A stretch of DNA of 62,916 bases, counting the filler, from Rhabdomonas costata (taxonomy: Eukaryota), in the NCBI GenBank assembly GCA_019059605.1. It is 44 parts of 44 records of this genome, joined end to end, with 100 filler letters (N's around TTAATTAATTAA, not from the genome) between each part and the next. Parts side by side here need not be neighbours in the genome. Positions count along the whole stretch, not along the records: positions 50,134 to 51,465 come from JAHMHO010019143.1; positions 51,566 to 52,896 come from JAHMHO010019144.1; positions 52,997 to 54,328 come from JAHMHO010019145.1; positions 54,429 to 55,760 come from JAHMHO010019146.1; positions 55,861 to 57,191 come from JAHMHO010019147.1; positions 57,292 to 58,623 come from JAHMHO010019148.1; positions 58,724 to 60,054 come from JAHMHO010019149.1; positions 60,155 to 61,485 come from JAHMHO010019150.1; 36 more parts are not named here. One strand, written 5' to 3'. Position numbers and translations under genes: made by a program. The notes under the pieces are model-generated. The model worked only from the letters and a program-made list of their open reading frames with translations, did no database searches and was not told the DNA's origin. Each line of letters starts with the position of its first letter. Positions within the stretch are counted from its first letter, which is position 1. This document shows, piece after piece, positions 50,034-62,916 of this stretch.

Positions 50034-53000
50034 NNNNNNNNNNNNNNNNNNNNNNNNNNNNNNNNNNNNNNNNNNNNTTAATTAATTAANNNNNNNNNNN
50101 NNNNNNNNNNNNNNNNNNNNNNNNNNNNNNNNNGGGTGCGTTGCGCAGGTTGCCCCATCCCCACGTACGGTGGGATTCAAAAGCATACGTGGGGTTGGGG
50201 CAACCTGCGCAACGCACCCGCAATTCATCAATATCGTGATTCCGTAAAATGCAGCGTAAAGTGGGTCCCCAAAATACACTTTATAAGGAGGGAGGTTTTT
50301 CCATCATGCTCGTTCGCCTATAAGTTCACGTATTGACGTCGAGTGTAGCCCGGGGTGAAAGGTCGGAAGAAAAACCTCACCTTTTGTACGACTGCATGAG
50401 GAGCATACTTCGCACGCCAGTATTGATCCTGTTGTGAAGGGATGGGCATGAAACTGGGGCCACGAAAAGGGCATGACCCAGAAAAGAAGAAGCAGCACCA
50501 CGACCCAAAGGGGATGCTGAGCAAACGCAGACGGACGGAAGGCGGGATGGCACACACTGGGTGGGAAGCAAAGTAGCGACGCCCTCCCCCGTCGGAATGG
50601 CCGGAGTCTGCCGCAGCAGCATGCCCCCGAGAAGGCGGCGAATCTGAGGAAGCCACGCATACAGAGAGCAAGTAAGGAAGATAGATCAAAGTAAGCCCAC
50701 AAAACTCGACAGTTCTGCCCAGCTCCGCAGCAACAGGTCGCTGGTCATGTCTCAGAGCAGGGAAGAAGCCAGAGGGAAGGCCATTTTTGACCGCCCGAGT
50801 AAATCGTGATTTTGGTCTTTCCTTCCATCGAGAAAAACCCGCATAACCTGTACAGGAATGCCAGCGCAGTTTCTACCCAAATTTCCTGGAACCAATGTCG
50901 CAAAATCTGTGCAGAACGTACCACACAGGCACGCAAGAAAGCAAGAATCGTGATTGTACTGTGCCTACTGCACTTGCCTCTTGACTCTATTTCGAACCGA
51001 CAAAGGCAAGAAGAAGAAAAAAGAACAAACTCCAGAGTTGGCCACCCATCCTCCAAAAAATGCTGTAGGGTTGGCTGGTAGAATTCAGAAACATTCCAGG
51101 ACCAGAGTGCCAACCACAGAAAACAATGAGCAGCTGGCAAAGATGGTGGTGTTGGGGGTGAGTTAACAAGACCCCTAAACCGAAAACTATGGGAATGGGC
51201 GACAAATTGGGAATAGCAGGGGGCACGGGAACGGGGTTTCCGCCGATTCCGTTTTTGCGTTGATTTTTATGACTTGTAAATTCCTTGACTGGCATCTTTT
51301 GGTGAAGGGTTTGGGTTTGAACCCAGCCATGCATGTGTTGTATTCCAGCTCTGAGTGTCGCGGTGTCGGTGTCGCGCGCTTGTTTCGGTAACCCTAGCAA
51401 AAACACCAACCCTCCCCCCAGAAAGAATTGAGTCAAAACCCAGAAGAAAGGGAAGAGAGAGGAGGNNNNNNNNNNNNNNNNNNNNNNNNNNNNNNNNNNN
51501 NNNNNNNNNTTAATTAATTAANNNNNNNNNNNNNNNNNNNNNNNNNNNNNNNNNNNNNNNNNNNNGGTGTTTGCCATGTCCACCGTGGACTAAGATCCAA
51601 GGTGCTCCAAGGTGCTTCCTGGACTCAAGCTTCTAAGCCAACCAAGTTCTCAAACGAAACATCACCTGCAGCTGCACAGGGGTCCACCAAAGGTGAAAGG
51701 TGGGGGAGGGGGACTTAAAGAGTAAAGGAGAAGAGCGTTGGGAGGAAAGGCGCCTAAACCCAGAAACTCTCCTGCACAGGAAGGCCACTGTTCATGTGCA
51801 CAATGTGTACGCAAGTCAGTGTGGTGAGCCTGATTCGGCCCTTTGCGCAGTCGTGCGGAGGCGCTGACGGTAGATGATGAGCGGCACTCGCGGTGGACAC
51901 AGTACTGCGCTGCCACCCGCACGGCGGTGCCCGGGCCTGCGCCGCCACAGCCAGCCACCCTTCAGGGTTGGCTCACGGTCACCCCTCAGGACCTGCTGCT
52001 AGGTATGCTGTGATCATGTGCCTTAATTTGTAGTGCCTTTCCGTAGCCGGAGTCCAATAATTGGGATGGGGTTCCATGGCATTTCATTTCGAATTGTTGG
52101 GTTTAATTTGTGGCTCATCCTGCAAACAATGCAAAGTCATATGATCGAAATTTCTGAGAATTCAGTTCCTGTATAATTCTGCCCTGTCGTCCGACACATC
52201 CATGAGCAATTCAACAATTCAAGGCCATTGCTGCTGGGGGAGGGAGGGTTGAGGGAGAAGAACGAGGTAGTACTTTTGGAAAAGTATGGGCCTGTGCCGT
52301 GTTTAAAGTATAATGTCACCCGAACCTGGGAGCTTCCACAAGAAACAACCGTCATCACATTTAAACCCACCTGAAATTCTAAAAGGTAATCGTGGGAACA
52401 CTGTATTGGTTCGGGTAGCACGGGCAAAACTACGATGAAAAAAGTAAATTTCGGACGATTCTTAGGGATCTGGTACGTGCGTAATCCTGTGGCTATGAGA
52501 GCAGATGCGCGTGAAAGGCACGCTTGGGAGGTAGCAGTGTGGGTGTGCACGAGTGCGGAAGATTTGGACACACGATCCCGCATTCCCGTGAAGTCATCAC
52601 CCCTAGTATGCATAGTATTTGTTGGTCTCTCGCACACCACCAGTGGTAGAAACAGGGGAGATCTATGAGCGCAACAGAAGAAAAATACGCAAAACGACGG
52701 AATGAAATGCGAATTGTTTTCCTACTCCTGTAACTCAGGTACCAGGAGTTGAGACATTGCCATTAATGAGTTGAATGTTACTGCTGGGAAAGTATTTTGA
52801 TAGGTGGGCTGGGTGCCATTGCAATTTACTCCGCGGTCTGCCATGATGTCCTTGTCTTTTCGTTCACCTTTCCCCTCTTCTTTGCTACCCACAACCNNNN
52901 NNNNNNNNNNNNNNNNNNNNNNNNNNNNNNNNNNNNNNNNTTAATTAATTAANNNNNNNNNNNNNNNNNNNNNNNNNNNNNNNNNNNNNNNNNNNNTTTG

Positions 53001-54589
53001 TTTTTGAAAGGTGTCAGTGCTCCTTCACTGAGCACTTGGGCTTTGCTTTTCTCTTCTTTTTTATTTGCTAGATTTAGAAATTTACCAGTGGTTAAGGGCC
53101 TGCCCATGTTGTTGGGATTTAGGTCGAAGAGCGGGACATCACTCAGCACCCGGGAATTATTTGTATTATAGCATTAGTTTTGCTGTCATTTGTACTCGGG
53201 GGGCTAACCCAAAAAGGGCTAACCCAACAACTAACCCTTTTCTGTGATTGAATTGAATTGAAGAATGAACACTTGGCTGCTTATTTCTGCGAGCATACTT
53301 CCTTGATTACGTTTACAAAACAGGTTTATCCGATGATGAGCGCCGGGGGTTTCCCCGCTCCGAACGGTTCCCTTGACACCGACTCTTCAGCGTGTGATGA
53401 CTCTGGCGTCACTATGGGCTTGTTTGCATCGGTACGTCTCTGAGATTTGCTCCTCCTCAACCCTATGTTCCTGGCCGCAATACTTTTTGCCTATACGTTC
53501 TGTCTGAGCGTTGATGCGCTAGCATGACCCATAACCCACACACTCATCGTTAATGCGCACCGCACCGTTAAGGCATCCTTGCCCCATGTCATGCCTTCCA
53601 TGCCACACCCCAGACATCAGTCGTACGCGTGTGTGCTGCTCGGGGATTTTCTTGTATCGGCCTCCGCAAACGGGTCTCACCGAAGTCACCTCTGACCTTT
53701 CTTCTTAGGCTCTTGCATCGTGCGTCTGGCTGATTTTTGGCCCCCACCCCTCCCCGTTAGCACTCCACCATTCCTTCCTCGGGGCTGCTGGCTCAGAATT
53801 CCACAGGTGGAGGTGTCAGTTCTACCTTTGCACGCAGTGTGGAGCACGCCAGAGCTTTCCATGCCGAAGCTGTGGATGCGGTTTGTATCTCCGCACCCTC
53901 TCCATCCATGCCTTCTCCTCCTGCAGTTCGTGGTGGACGCATCAGTACAGTTTTGACAACTGCACCAAGGAATCGCATTATTTTAGAACCCGGGGGCCAG
54001 AGCAAACCATTCTTGTGTTTGTTCTCACTCAGTGAGGCAGCGGTTGGTAATTGGGTTTCATCTTTGGGGTGTTGTCGTCGTCAAACGCAACCTCCTCTTC
54101 TTTTCCATCCGCGGCTTCTCAATTTTTTTGAGCTGCGGCTGGCTGTCTGTTGAAGTGTCAACGCAAATGAAGCATGTGCCCTCCCATCAAAGGTCTTGCC
54201 TGGGCAAGTTTCTGTTGTTCACGATGGTCCTGCTCTCTCCCTGTTACCACCAGAACCTCCTCCTGCTGTTGCCTTTGAGGAGGTCAGTGATGCGGTTGAG
54301 GCCACACAACACCAAACACACCCCCACANNNNNNNNNNNNNNNNNNNNNNNNNNNNNNNNNNNNNNNNNNNNTTAATTAATTAANNNNNNNNNNNNNNNN
54401 NNNNNNNNNNNNNNNNNNNNNNNNNNNNGTGGGGGTTTGTTATATAAAGTAAATCAAGGTAACAGAAATCAGCAGAAAAATTAAACCGAGAGGAATGTTT
54501 TTAAGATCTGGAGCGCCACAGGCTCAGAAATAAACAGAAAGCGGCGGAATAGCATTGGAATTGTAAGTTGGAAGGTTGAAAGTTAAATA

Positions 54590-55600
54590 GATGGAATTCG
54601 CACAGGATTATTTCAAGAGGAAAACGCGGAGGAGAAGAGAATTTCAAAAACGTTTGAAAGATTTCGGTGAAGTGGTTGTGATGGTTAAGAATGCAAATGA
54701 TTTTAAGCCAAAGACTTTCAACAACAATATGATGAACCAAAGGAACTTTGGAAGCTTTTTGTGGCTTTCACATCACGTGTTAGAGAACTGCGCAAGGCAA
54801 TGATTTGAAGCGTGGCTAGTGCAAAAATAAGCTTTTTGCATTTGCTTGTGGTTTTCGTTGTAGGGGTGGTTTCTCATATTGCAGAGCAAGCACTTTTATA
54901 AAGGTTTGGGCTGTGCAGCTGTGTATCGTAAGACGTGCGGTGTTTTGCTACACTTTTACTTGATTGCACTGTTTGGCTGGTTGCTGTGCTCAAACTTCTA
55001 TAAGCACAAGCCTGGAATCCAGGAGATCCATAAAAGGCCATAAGGCACACTCACACTCACTGATGTGCGCGTGTTTGTTAGGAGAGTAGAAGCCTAGAAC
55101 ACCACAGGCACACACTTTAAGCTAAAGGGAAGACCAAACGCAGGCACATGCCAAGAGGGGATGATACACAATCTTTGAAAGAATCAGTTGGAAAGCCTGG
55201 GACTATTATCGTTAGCCGCAACCTCCGCCACATTACGTGACTTTCATATCTGTTTTCGGCAATTTCAGCAACTAGATCACAGTTAGCGACAACCAGCGCA
55301 GTCGGTAATATTTACAAACCCTCGTGATCGGCAGCTCAACACATAAATAATCACATTGCCGAATCGCATTCGAGCTTAAATGGTGGAAGGTTGTTTCAGA
55401 GTAAGAGGCTTTGCATGACGCAGTATACGGTACAGGTACGCTAGATAGACGTCAGCAGGACGATAATTTAGACAAAGAATTCTTCAAACCACTCCTGTAC
55501 AGAGGCCAATTTCACAAGTCTCTGAGAGTCGTTTGTAGGATTGTGAGAGATCTACGTTTGCTCGATCATGAGTGGATGAAGCCAGGCCTTCAAAGCCTTC
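54590..55600 (+). pseudogene. Degenerate Mutator (MULE)-like transposase remnant
   Basis: One stop-ridden frame gives LFAFACGFRCRGGFSYCR, ERISWKAW, ITVSDNQR and SHCRI in the order of MULE motifs (GFxxCRP, ESWxWF, IISDRQK, HxxCxxH). Confidence 0.35.
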
Positions 55601-55949
55601 AAGGTTTTGCTTTTACTAATATAACTCCATGCACGTATACTGCTACTGCAAGCTGGACAAGGAGAAGTTTGTTGAGTTAGAAGTGTAGCATTGTGTTTGG
55701 AAAAAGACCCAAGATCCAAAAATGATAAGGCCTGAAACTGGGACTCCACAGACCCATCAANNNNNNNNNNNNNNNNNNNNNNNNNNNNNNNNNNNNNNNN
55801 NNNNTTAATTAATTAANNNNNNNNNNNNNNNNNNNNNNNNNNNNNNNNNNNNNNNNNNNNAGATAATGTGCAATTTTTTCCGCCTTGGTGATCCATCATT
55901 GACGTGGCGACTTTTGTTTGTAGGTCTATGCCAGGAGAGGGGGAGAGGG

Positions 55950-56520
55950 GGAAGACAGAGAGGCGCTGCTCCGGCCGAGAATGGGAATCTGGGAATGACC
56001 CGTCCTTGCTGGAAGTCTGTGTGGATGTGCATCAGTTCACCGAAAAAACATTGGTCACGTCAGCAGAAGGCCACCCGACTATCCGAACCATCCTCCCAAG
56101 CAAGACCCGAATTGTTTGGGAAAACAAGCAGCACCTTACGTACTGAACCACGGACCCGCAAAAGGCCATGAAGTCCTTTGTCTCCGCAGCGGGGGGCATG
56201 CACAATGGAGCAGGCACTGTCCCCGCGTGCTCTTCTACATAAGAAATCCAAGGGAAAGAGAAGGGAAAGAAAAAACGTGTCGAATCAAAAGCGCAGAACT
56301 GAGAGAAGTTCACTGACAAGATCATGCCGGCGACACGATCATGAAAACCACACACGAAACTCAACTCCGCCAGCTACACCATCACGAACTGATTACCGAG
56401 AAGGGGGGGACTTCCGATACGATCCCCTGAAAGCTGACCCCAAGTGGTACGACGAACACGGAGAGCCGCCAACCAGGGCGGGCGAGCGCAAACTCACTGT
56501 AATGCTCTCATCAAGCTGAA
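55950..56520 (+). pseudogene. Degenerate non-LTR retrotransposon fragment (endonuclease-to-RT linker)
   Basis: Broken frames give KAQN*EKFTDKI, LPRRGG and DPKWYDE, resembling KANWxxF...IPRG...PWW. Confidence 0.3.
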
Positions 56521-57291
56521 CGCACACCTTCGGAGCCGCGCTCTGCCGCATTAGTTGAGGGGTCGGGGGAGGTGCCGTCACAAGAAGCCCGACACCCTGG
56601 AAACTGGGGCGGGGGCGGCACCCCATTGGGCGTGCCATGGGCACTCTCGCTGCTTGCCCCCAGGCAAGAGCGACAGAATGGCGACCTAGTGGACCCCAAC
56701 CGTGCTCACCCGGTTGCACAAGTGAGCTCTATGCTTCAATGCATTCGCGCATTGGCAGCAAAGCAGGAAAACAAGAGAAGACCCCCATGCTTCGTGGGTT
56801 AGACAGAGGAAGGGGTCCAGAAAAAACGTCCTCCCCCACACCTCTCGTCCCGAAAATCCCCAATCTATCCCCGAAACCTTTTCGGATCAGAAAAGAGGTG
56901 GTTACAGGCAACCTTACCTGGGATTCTCTGCGTGCAGCGGCAAGGTAGCCACGCCAGGAACGGAATTCGTAGCGGGAGAACGCGACGACTCCGAGACGGC
57001 AACCATCCCTGAGAGCGCAAAAGGAGAAGAGAAAAGGAGAGATGGAGGAAGAGAGGTAGCCCTGCGGGGTGCCTCTCGCGTGATTTCTGTGCTGGGCTAT
57101 TCGGGCTCAAAGTCTTGTAAGTCTTCCCCAATAAGATTATTGTCTGCGAATTGTCAGGCCCCAGTAGCAATAGCCCGCTTGCGGCTAGGGGNNNNNNNNN
57201 NNNNNNNNNNNNNNNNNNNNNNNNNNNNNNNNNNNTTAATTAATTAANNNNNNNNNNNNNNNNNNNNNNNNNNNNNNNNNNNNNNNNNNNN

Positions 57292-58411
57292 GATCTGTGG
57301 TCGCTGTGTGGCCACTGGAGCTGTACTTTCCGGCAGGCTCTGCGGCTGGACGAGGACTGCGAGGCCCCACGGGAAAAGGAAGATCCCAAGTCCAAGGTCA
57401 AGCCCCTGACCGTCGCCGACCACGCCGTGGTGCTTGAGTCCGACGAGACCTTGCGGGCGATCGCCCTCAGCGAGCTTGTCGGTGCCCGTACCCCAGGTCT
57501 GGAATCTCTCTGGAAGAGCGCGCGCACTTCTACCCCTCCCTCGATCCCTTCCCCGCATGAGCCATCACGGGAATTGTATGAATTGTAATATCCGGGTCAC
57601 CTCGTAAAATTACAGCTCAGGCATAAATAAGACGGACTTCGGAAAAAAAAAGAGCGGAGAAAAAACGAGGTTCTCAGTGCTCATCGGCAGTGCATTGTTA
57701 CAGCTCTCCTTGATTCTCTGATTTTACCTCCAACCTTTGAGGTTACACGGGCTATATGATTCTAGGCACCTGTGCGTATGCGTGCTGGGGCACCTCAGGA
57801 AGCATGCCGTGGCCTCCGACAAAGCCCTCGGAGCGGTTTCCGCTTAGCCCGGACCCCAAGGCTCCGTCAAAGAACGTCCTCTTCATGGGCGATTACGTCG
57901 ACCGCGGGCAGGCTAGCGTGGAGGTGTGCTCCCCACCAAGAGACATCTTCGCCAAATCTGCCAGCACTCATTGTTCAATGAATCTGTGTTTCACTAGCAT
58001 TATCCTTGTGCACAATCCTGGAATGCAGTTTTATATTGGATTTCTCGGTGGTTTACGAAACTGTGTTGAGCCAAAGGTTTGTGGTGAATTGTGTGCCGCA
58101 CGGTCGTTCCACGTCCTTCGTGGTAAGAAAGGAGAAAGGAGAGGAGGACCAGAAGAGAGCTTTGTTCCTAGCCTCCAAACTCTTGTGGTCCGGCGACCTG
58201 CTTTCTCCATCGGTTCGTCGTCGCGTTGCTCGCCGACCCCCCAACCCCGCCACCCTCATTTGGCATTTCAGGTTTTGTGCTGTGTGCTGGCGCTGAAGGT
58301 GCGGCACCCCTCCACCGTGCACCTGCTGCGAGGCAACCACGAGACCCGCGAGGTCAACGAGATGTACGGCTTCCGCTCGGAGTGCCTCACCACCTTTGGA
58401 AACCAGACAGG
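57292..58411 (+). CDS. PPP-family Ser/Thr protein phosphatase, partial; exons 57292-57496, 57766-57923, 58272-58411
   Basis: LFMGDYVDRG and LLRGNHE...YGFRSEC motifs; GT-AG introns in consistent phase. Confidence 0.9.
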
Positions 58412-60848
58412 GTGTGCGTGTCTGTGTGACCCTTTCGCTGCTCCTTCGCCAGTGACTTTCCCTTCTGATTTCGTCGTGACCGGGACACTCCCTTTGAATT
58501 GGACCCCGAGACAGTATTTATGTTCGGCATACCTTCACTTGTACGGCACGGAGAAAAGGGTGAGGAAGTCACTGAAAACAACCATCCTTGATGCACAACA
58601 GTAGCGAAAGGGTCACCAAACAANNNNNNNNNNNNNNNNNNNNNNNNNNNNNNNNNNNNNNNNNNNNTTAATTAATTAANNNNNNNNNNNNNNNNNNNNN
58701 NNNNNNNNNNNNNNNNNNNNNNNGGGGTGTGGGTCACCACGACGAGGAGGATAATTACGACCACGCCAGTAAAGAGGTCACTGTCTAGACCACAGATGTC
58801 ATCGAGTTCTTTAGAATGTGGTGATAGATCTCGGTTTGCTCGATCAGTAATGAGGACGCCATGCCTCCGCAACCGCCGAGGTTTTGTTTTACTGCTGTAA
58901 CACCGCACAAGTGTATTGCGACTGCGAGATGGCGAAGGAGGAGCTTTTCAAATGGTCGTTGAGTAAGCAGTGGATAACTGTGTTTGGAAAAAGACCCGAG
59001 AGCCCAAAATAGATGGGGCCTGATTCTGCACCACTCCAGCCACATCCAAATGGCACGTTGGGAATGTGAATTTCGGAGTGGCAGTGCGTGGTAATGAAAG
59101 TCAAGGCGACACTCCATGAATTGTTTTGCGCATGGAAGCTCCAGTTTTACGTGGGAAATATTTGCGAGTTCTGTGGAATTCAACGGAGCCCATCAGAATG
59201 TAGTGCGGAAAACATTGGATGAAAGTAACATCACCCCCTGAGGTAGTTTTGGCAATGTCCTCCAAACAAGTGGGCAATTTGGAATGTTAATGTCACATGT
59301 AGCAACACAACCACAGAACAACGTATGGAAGCGAGTGCACCGACACAATCTGCAGATGTTCCACAGAAGCTTCATTCGTTTTGTTTGGTTCAGTAACAAG
59401 CTTTGTCAGTGCCGAGATGTTTTCCTCATGGCGGAAGTTCACACCATATAGCGCCACACTGAGATCTGATGAGCTCTCAGATAGATCCACGTTTCTGAGC
59501 ACTGCAAAGAAAGCGCCAGAAGCAGTGAGCTTTCACTCCATGAGAGGACGTCAGAGGCTTTCTATTTGATTTCAGCGTTGAGCGCACTAATGATTACTTC
59601 GATGACAGCAATGCCACCAATTCGAGACTTAGTAGAGTCGATGTCTTTGCGTGTAGCTTCACAAAAGGTGGTGCAGAGTAGAGACTCTTCCAGTCAGGAG
59701 TACAAGTAGTAGTTCAACCCGTTCTACACGCGCAGCTGGAAATTCAATCTCAGGTGGAAGTTGAGTCTGCTTTAGATTTTCCGCAGATTTTGCGATCCTT
59801 GCCTTTGTCACGGAGTGGAGAGGCACACTCACTGGTGATGGTGGAGTGCTCAGAATCAGACCCATAGGTGTTGTGGAAGTTCCCATCACAGTAGAGAAAT
59901 GGAAGACTCAAAAGTGGAAGTGGAGAGCAACCACAAGGTGGACTCGGATCTTTGGAATGTATACCTTGTGGTTGCTCTCCACTTCCACTTTTGAGTCTTC
60001 CATTTCTCTACTGTGATGGGCTCCATTCATCTACTGTGATGGGAACTTCCACAANNNNNNNNNNNNNNNNNNNNNNNNNNNNNNNNNNNNNNNNNNNNTT
60101 AATTAATTAANNNNNNNNNNNNNNNNNNNNNNNNNNNNNNNNNNNNNNNNNNNNGTGTGGGGGTGGAATTTCGATGGAAATTTTGTAGCGGGTTTGAGCG
60201 CGATGCACATTCCTCAAGACCAACAGTACTACCGGTTTCACCAGCACTGTATTCAACGTTCACCCGCCTGCAACGTGCCACTGTCAGAATCGGTTCAAGC
60301 TCCTTTTTCCATTGGCATTTTATTCGGGGTCTCGTAACGAAGTTGGACCATTCATTTTGAGGGAATAATTGCAATAATATGAGCGTTTAGCAGTGCGAAA
60401 CGGTTACTAACATTTAACACCCCTCCCCCAAAGAAGTACAGGAGGCCAGGTGCTCCGCTTGGAAGCCGAAGCGAACGATCCTTCTGTGCATCCGGAGCGT
60501 TTCTGTGATGTGACTGAAATTTCTCCAACAATTTCAGATCTGGGAAACGTCGCCGCTGGCTTTTAGGGTCCGTTGTATGTGTGAGTGGGGGTTTGTTTGA
60601 AGAAGCGGAATGGTGTGCATGTAAATCTGCTCCATTTATGTGCAAAGTTAAACTGTTTCACACCCCACTCCATAAAAATTGCATCGCAGTTTTTCTACAC
60701 TGGATCCTCATCACCTTCCAACGAACCACCGTTCCAAGTGCACCCCTCGCCCTCTCTCTGCATTTAATCTCCGCTTTCTCTCTCAAAAGTATGCAATGGT
60801 GCTCTGATTTTAATCCCACTCTTCTGGCGATCACCCCACCTTTTGTAG

Positions 60849-61170
60849 GCCACTTTTGGGGACCTGAGCGAGGTCGAGGAGAGCGCTGTGGACCCCAGGG
60901 TGCCACCCAGGATGGTTGCCGAGACCGCGCATCACTGGATCGCTTTGCTCGACAGTACCCTGGCCCAGGACGGCAGTCGACCTCTGGACCCATGGGACCT
61001 GCGCAATGCCATCCGTTACCTCCGCCGCCAGAGTGAGATTTACTACGAGGATCACAACAGAGATGCGGTGTTGCCTCCTTCGATGTCAATTGCTTTTTGA
61101 GAGTTGAGTGATGTGGTCTGCCCGCCCCTGTGCAGCGTGAAGAGCAGGATGTGCGCCTGGCCATTACCGG
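60849..61170 (+). CDS. Unknown protein; probable exons 60849-61067, 61136-61170
   Basis: GC-rich open frames with TAG/CAG acceptors and GT donors; no family recognised. Confidence 0.45.
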
Positions 61171-62916
61171 GTAACCTGCAGAGGCGGGCAACAAGCAGCA
61201 TCTGTCGGCCGCGGAGCCCCCCTGCTCCCTTTGCACTCTCCGCACCAAACCCGCGCTGGAGCTTCTCTCCTTCTTCGAACATTTTTGGCATCAGTCGCAG
61301 TGCGACCTCCTGAATGCCCTGGTATGTTCCTAAGTATCTGATATGAATCAGAAGCAGCTCGGTGATCATTTGAAGCACAAATGCAAATGTGAGTGCGCTG
61401 GATTTCTGTTTAATAGACTTCATTCACGTGAGTTCCTTTTTTGCTTTTGTGCTTTGTTTTATTACCACGCACCGACCCATCTCGANNNNNNNNNNNNNNN
61501 NNNNNNNNNNNNNNNNNNNNNNNNNNNNNTTAATTAATTAANNNNNNNNNNNNNNNNNNNNNNNNNNNNNNNNNNNNNNNNNNNNGGTGTGTTGAGTCTG
61601 CAAGTGGATGTCAGCTCCTACGATTTGCTTGGCCGTTGGACAATGCTGGTTGTTCATTTTTTTTAAAAAAAAATGATGTTTTCTTGTTTTTCCGGTCTCG
61701 GATCGGCTGACCCGCCCCGAACCCGCATTCGTCCTTGCCGGCCAGTGGCGGCGCCGCCCTCAGCCACACCGCCGTGGACAGCGGGTCCAGGTCTGCGCTC
61801 GCATGGGCGCCGCTAGTTTTCAGCTGGGCCTGAGGGTGTAATCCGCCGAGCGTGTCCGCGGCCCACACGGAGTAACTCCATCCTGCGTCCCGGCATCCCG
61901 CAGGGTACCGCTTAACCTTGTGCTTTTGTACCTTGTCCCAGGGATCTTGGGCCCCACCATGCCGCGACCAGACCGTGAAGTCCAAAGCGTGCCCGCGGAA
62001 GCGCGCGGAGGCCGCCGGGACCAAGGGAACTTCCCTTGTCCCTTTGGCTTGCGCCTGGGCTTCTCTCCTTGGCACACCACCTTTCTAAGAAGACCGACGG
62101 CACCGGGGAGCACCCCGATGTCCCCATTTCTGGGTGGCAATGGGCATCACGATGGCCGGAACCAGGCCGGTTTGGTCGGCGTCGGCAGGGTTGCCCTAAA
62201 GCAAAGGTCTTTTACGAACCTTCCGGTCTGGGTTCCAGACTTGGCCACGCGTGCTGTGTCACACGCCCATTTCGCTTTTTGCGGTGGGGCTTCGGCGCGG
62301 CCAACGTTTCGGAAAAATTCTGTCCCAAAGCCGCTCGGCCCGATGGAACGCTAAAAGCGATTTGAAGTGTTTCTTTGAGTTGGTCTCCCCATTTGGTTAA
62401 GTGAGCTTCGCGCATGCAAGGTGTAGATCCGGCCTATCAAGAAAACAGTTTTCGCAGTCCATAACAGGAATTTGTTGCGGCGGGCCCATTCCCCGCAAAA
62501 AGCCTTAATTGAGGCCATCGATTGACCAGCATGCTGAAAGGCATCGAGTGCAACTGCGGCAAAAAGCAAAGAAAAACAATCGAATGCAGCGAATAAAGCG
62601 CTGTGGGAAAAACTAATAAGGCAAAAAAAATAGGGTGCCACCTCTTCAACGGGCTTTCGATTCAGACTTGGAAGATGGGTTATATTTACAACAGGTTTTT
62701 ACCAGCCAATTGAGGCCAAATGGAAATGCAAAAACACGCAACTGGAACTGCACATTACTCGCACAAAAAGCTGGGAATGGCAACACGCGTGTCTGCCTTG
62801 TGCGAAACGCCTGAGCTCGAGAAAATGTCGATGCATCGGAAAATTTAGAACACCGTCATCCATAAAGTTTTACGCTGCTGTGGCGATCAAGCGCATGGCA
62901 CGGAGCACCCACAAAA

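Noticed and set aside
59882-60054. Hairpin plus repeated CTACTGTGATGGG
   Set aside because: Contig-terminal fold-back with a second switch
61611-62440. Possible degenerate reverse transcriptase on the minus strand
   Set aside because: Only faint scattered hints (GPD, LER, LDF); no YxDD motif; not supportable by eye
1-62916. Alternative genetic code, or operon-like clustering of bioA, PPCDC and other genes
   Set aside because: Recognised exons translate without internal stops in the standard code, and the genes lie on separate, arbitrarily ordered contigs

Overview
This window is not one locus. It is 44 unrelated contigs of about 1.33 kb, joined by 43 artificial 100-nt spacers (N44-TTAATTAATTAA-N44, stops in all six frames), so gene neighbourhood across spacers means nothing and most ORF-track calls are spurious. 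The DNA is nuclear DNA of an intron-rich eukaryotic protist, by inference a euglenozoan (euglenid- or diplonemid-like). It appears whole-genome amplified: contig ends carry G/T-only primer-like tails and fold-back palindromes. Reading across introns I recognise fragments of MND1, bacterial-type bioA, an RP2/TBCC protein, AP-3 delta, TRAPPC4, PPCDC/Hal3, a PPP phosphatase, a TPR protein, a Bfr1/PPI-like coiled-coil protein, an FN3 protein, Cache/HAMP receptor-like proteins and a CgeB-like glycosyltransferase, plus decayed transposons and a dispersed repeat family. The best leads are (1) a very AT-rich contig with a Polinton/Maverick/adintovirus-type protein-primed DNA polymerase broken by a 1-nt frameshift, and (2) an unusual splicing signature with degenerate donors and about 5 GC donors among about 32 called. 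All homology calls are from motif recognition by eye, not database searches. No complete multi-gene novel system can be shown from fragments this short.
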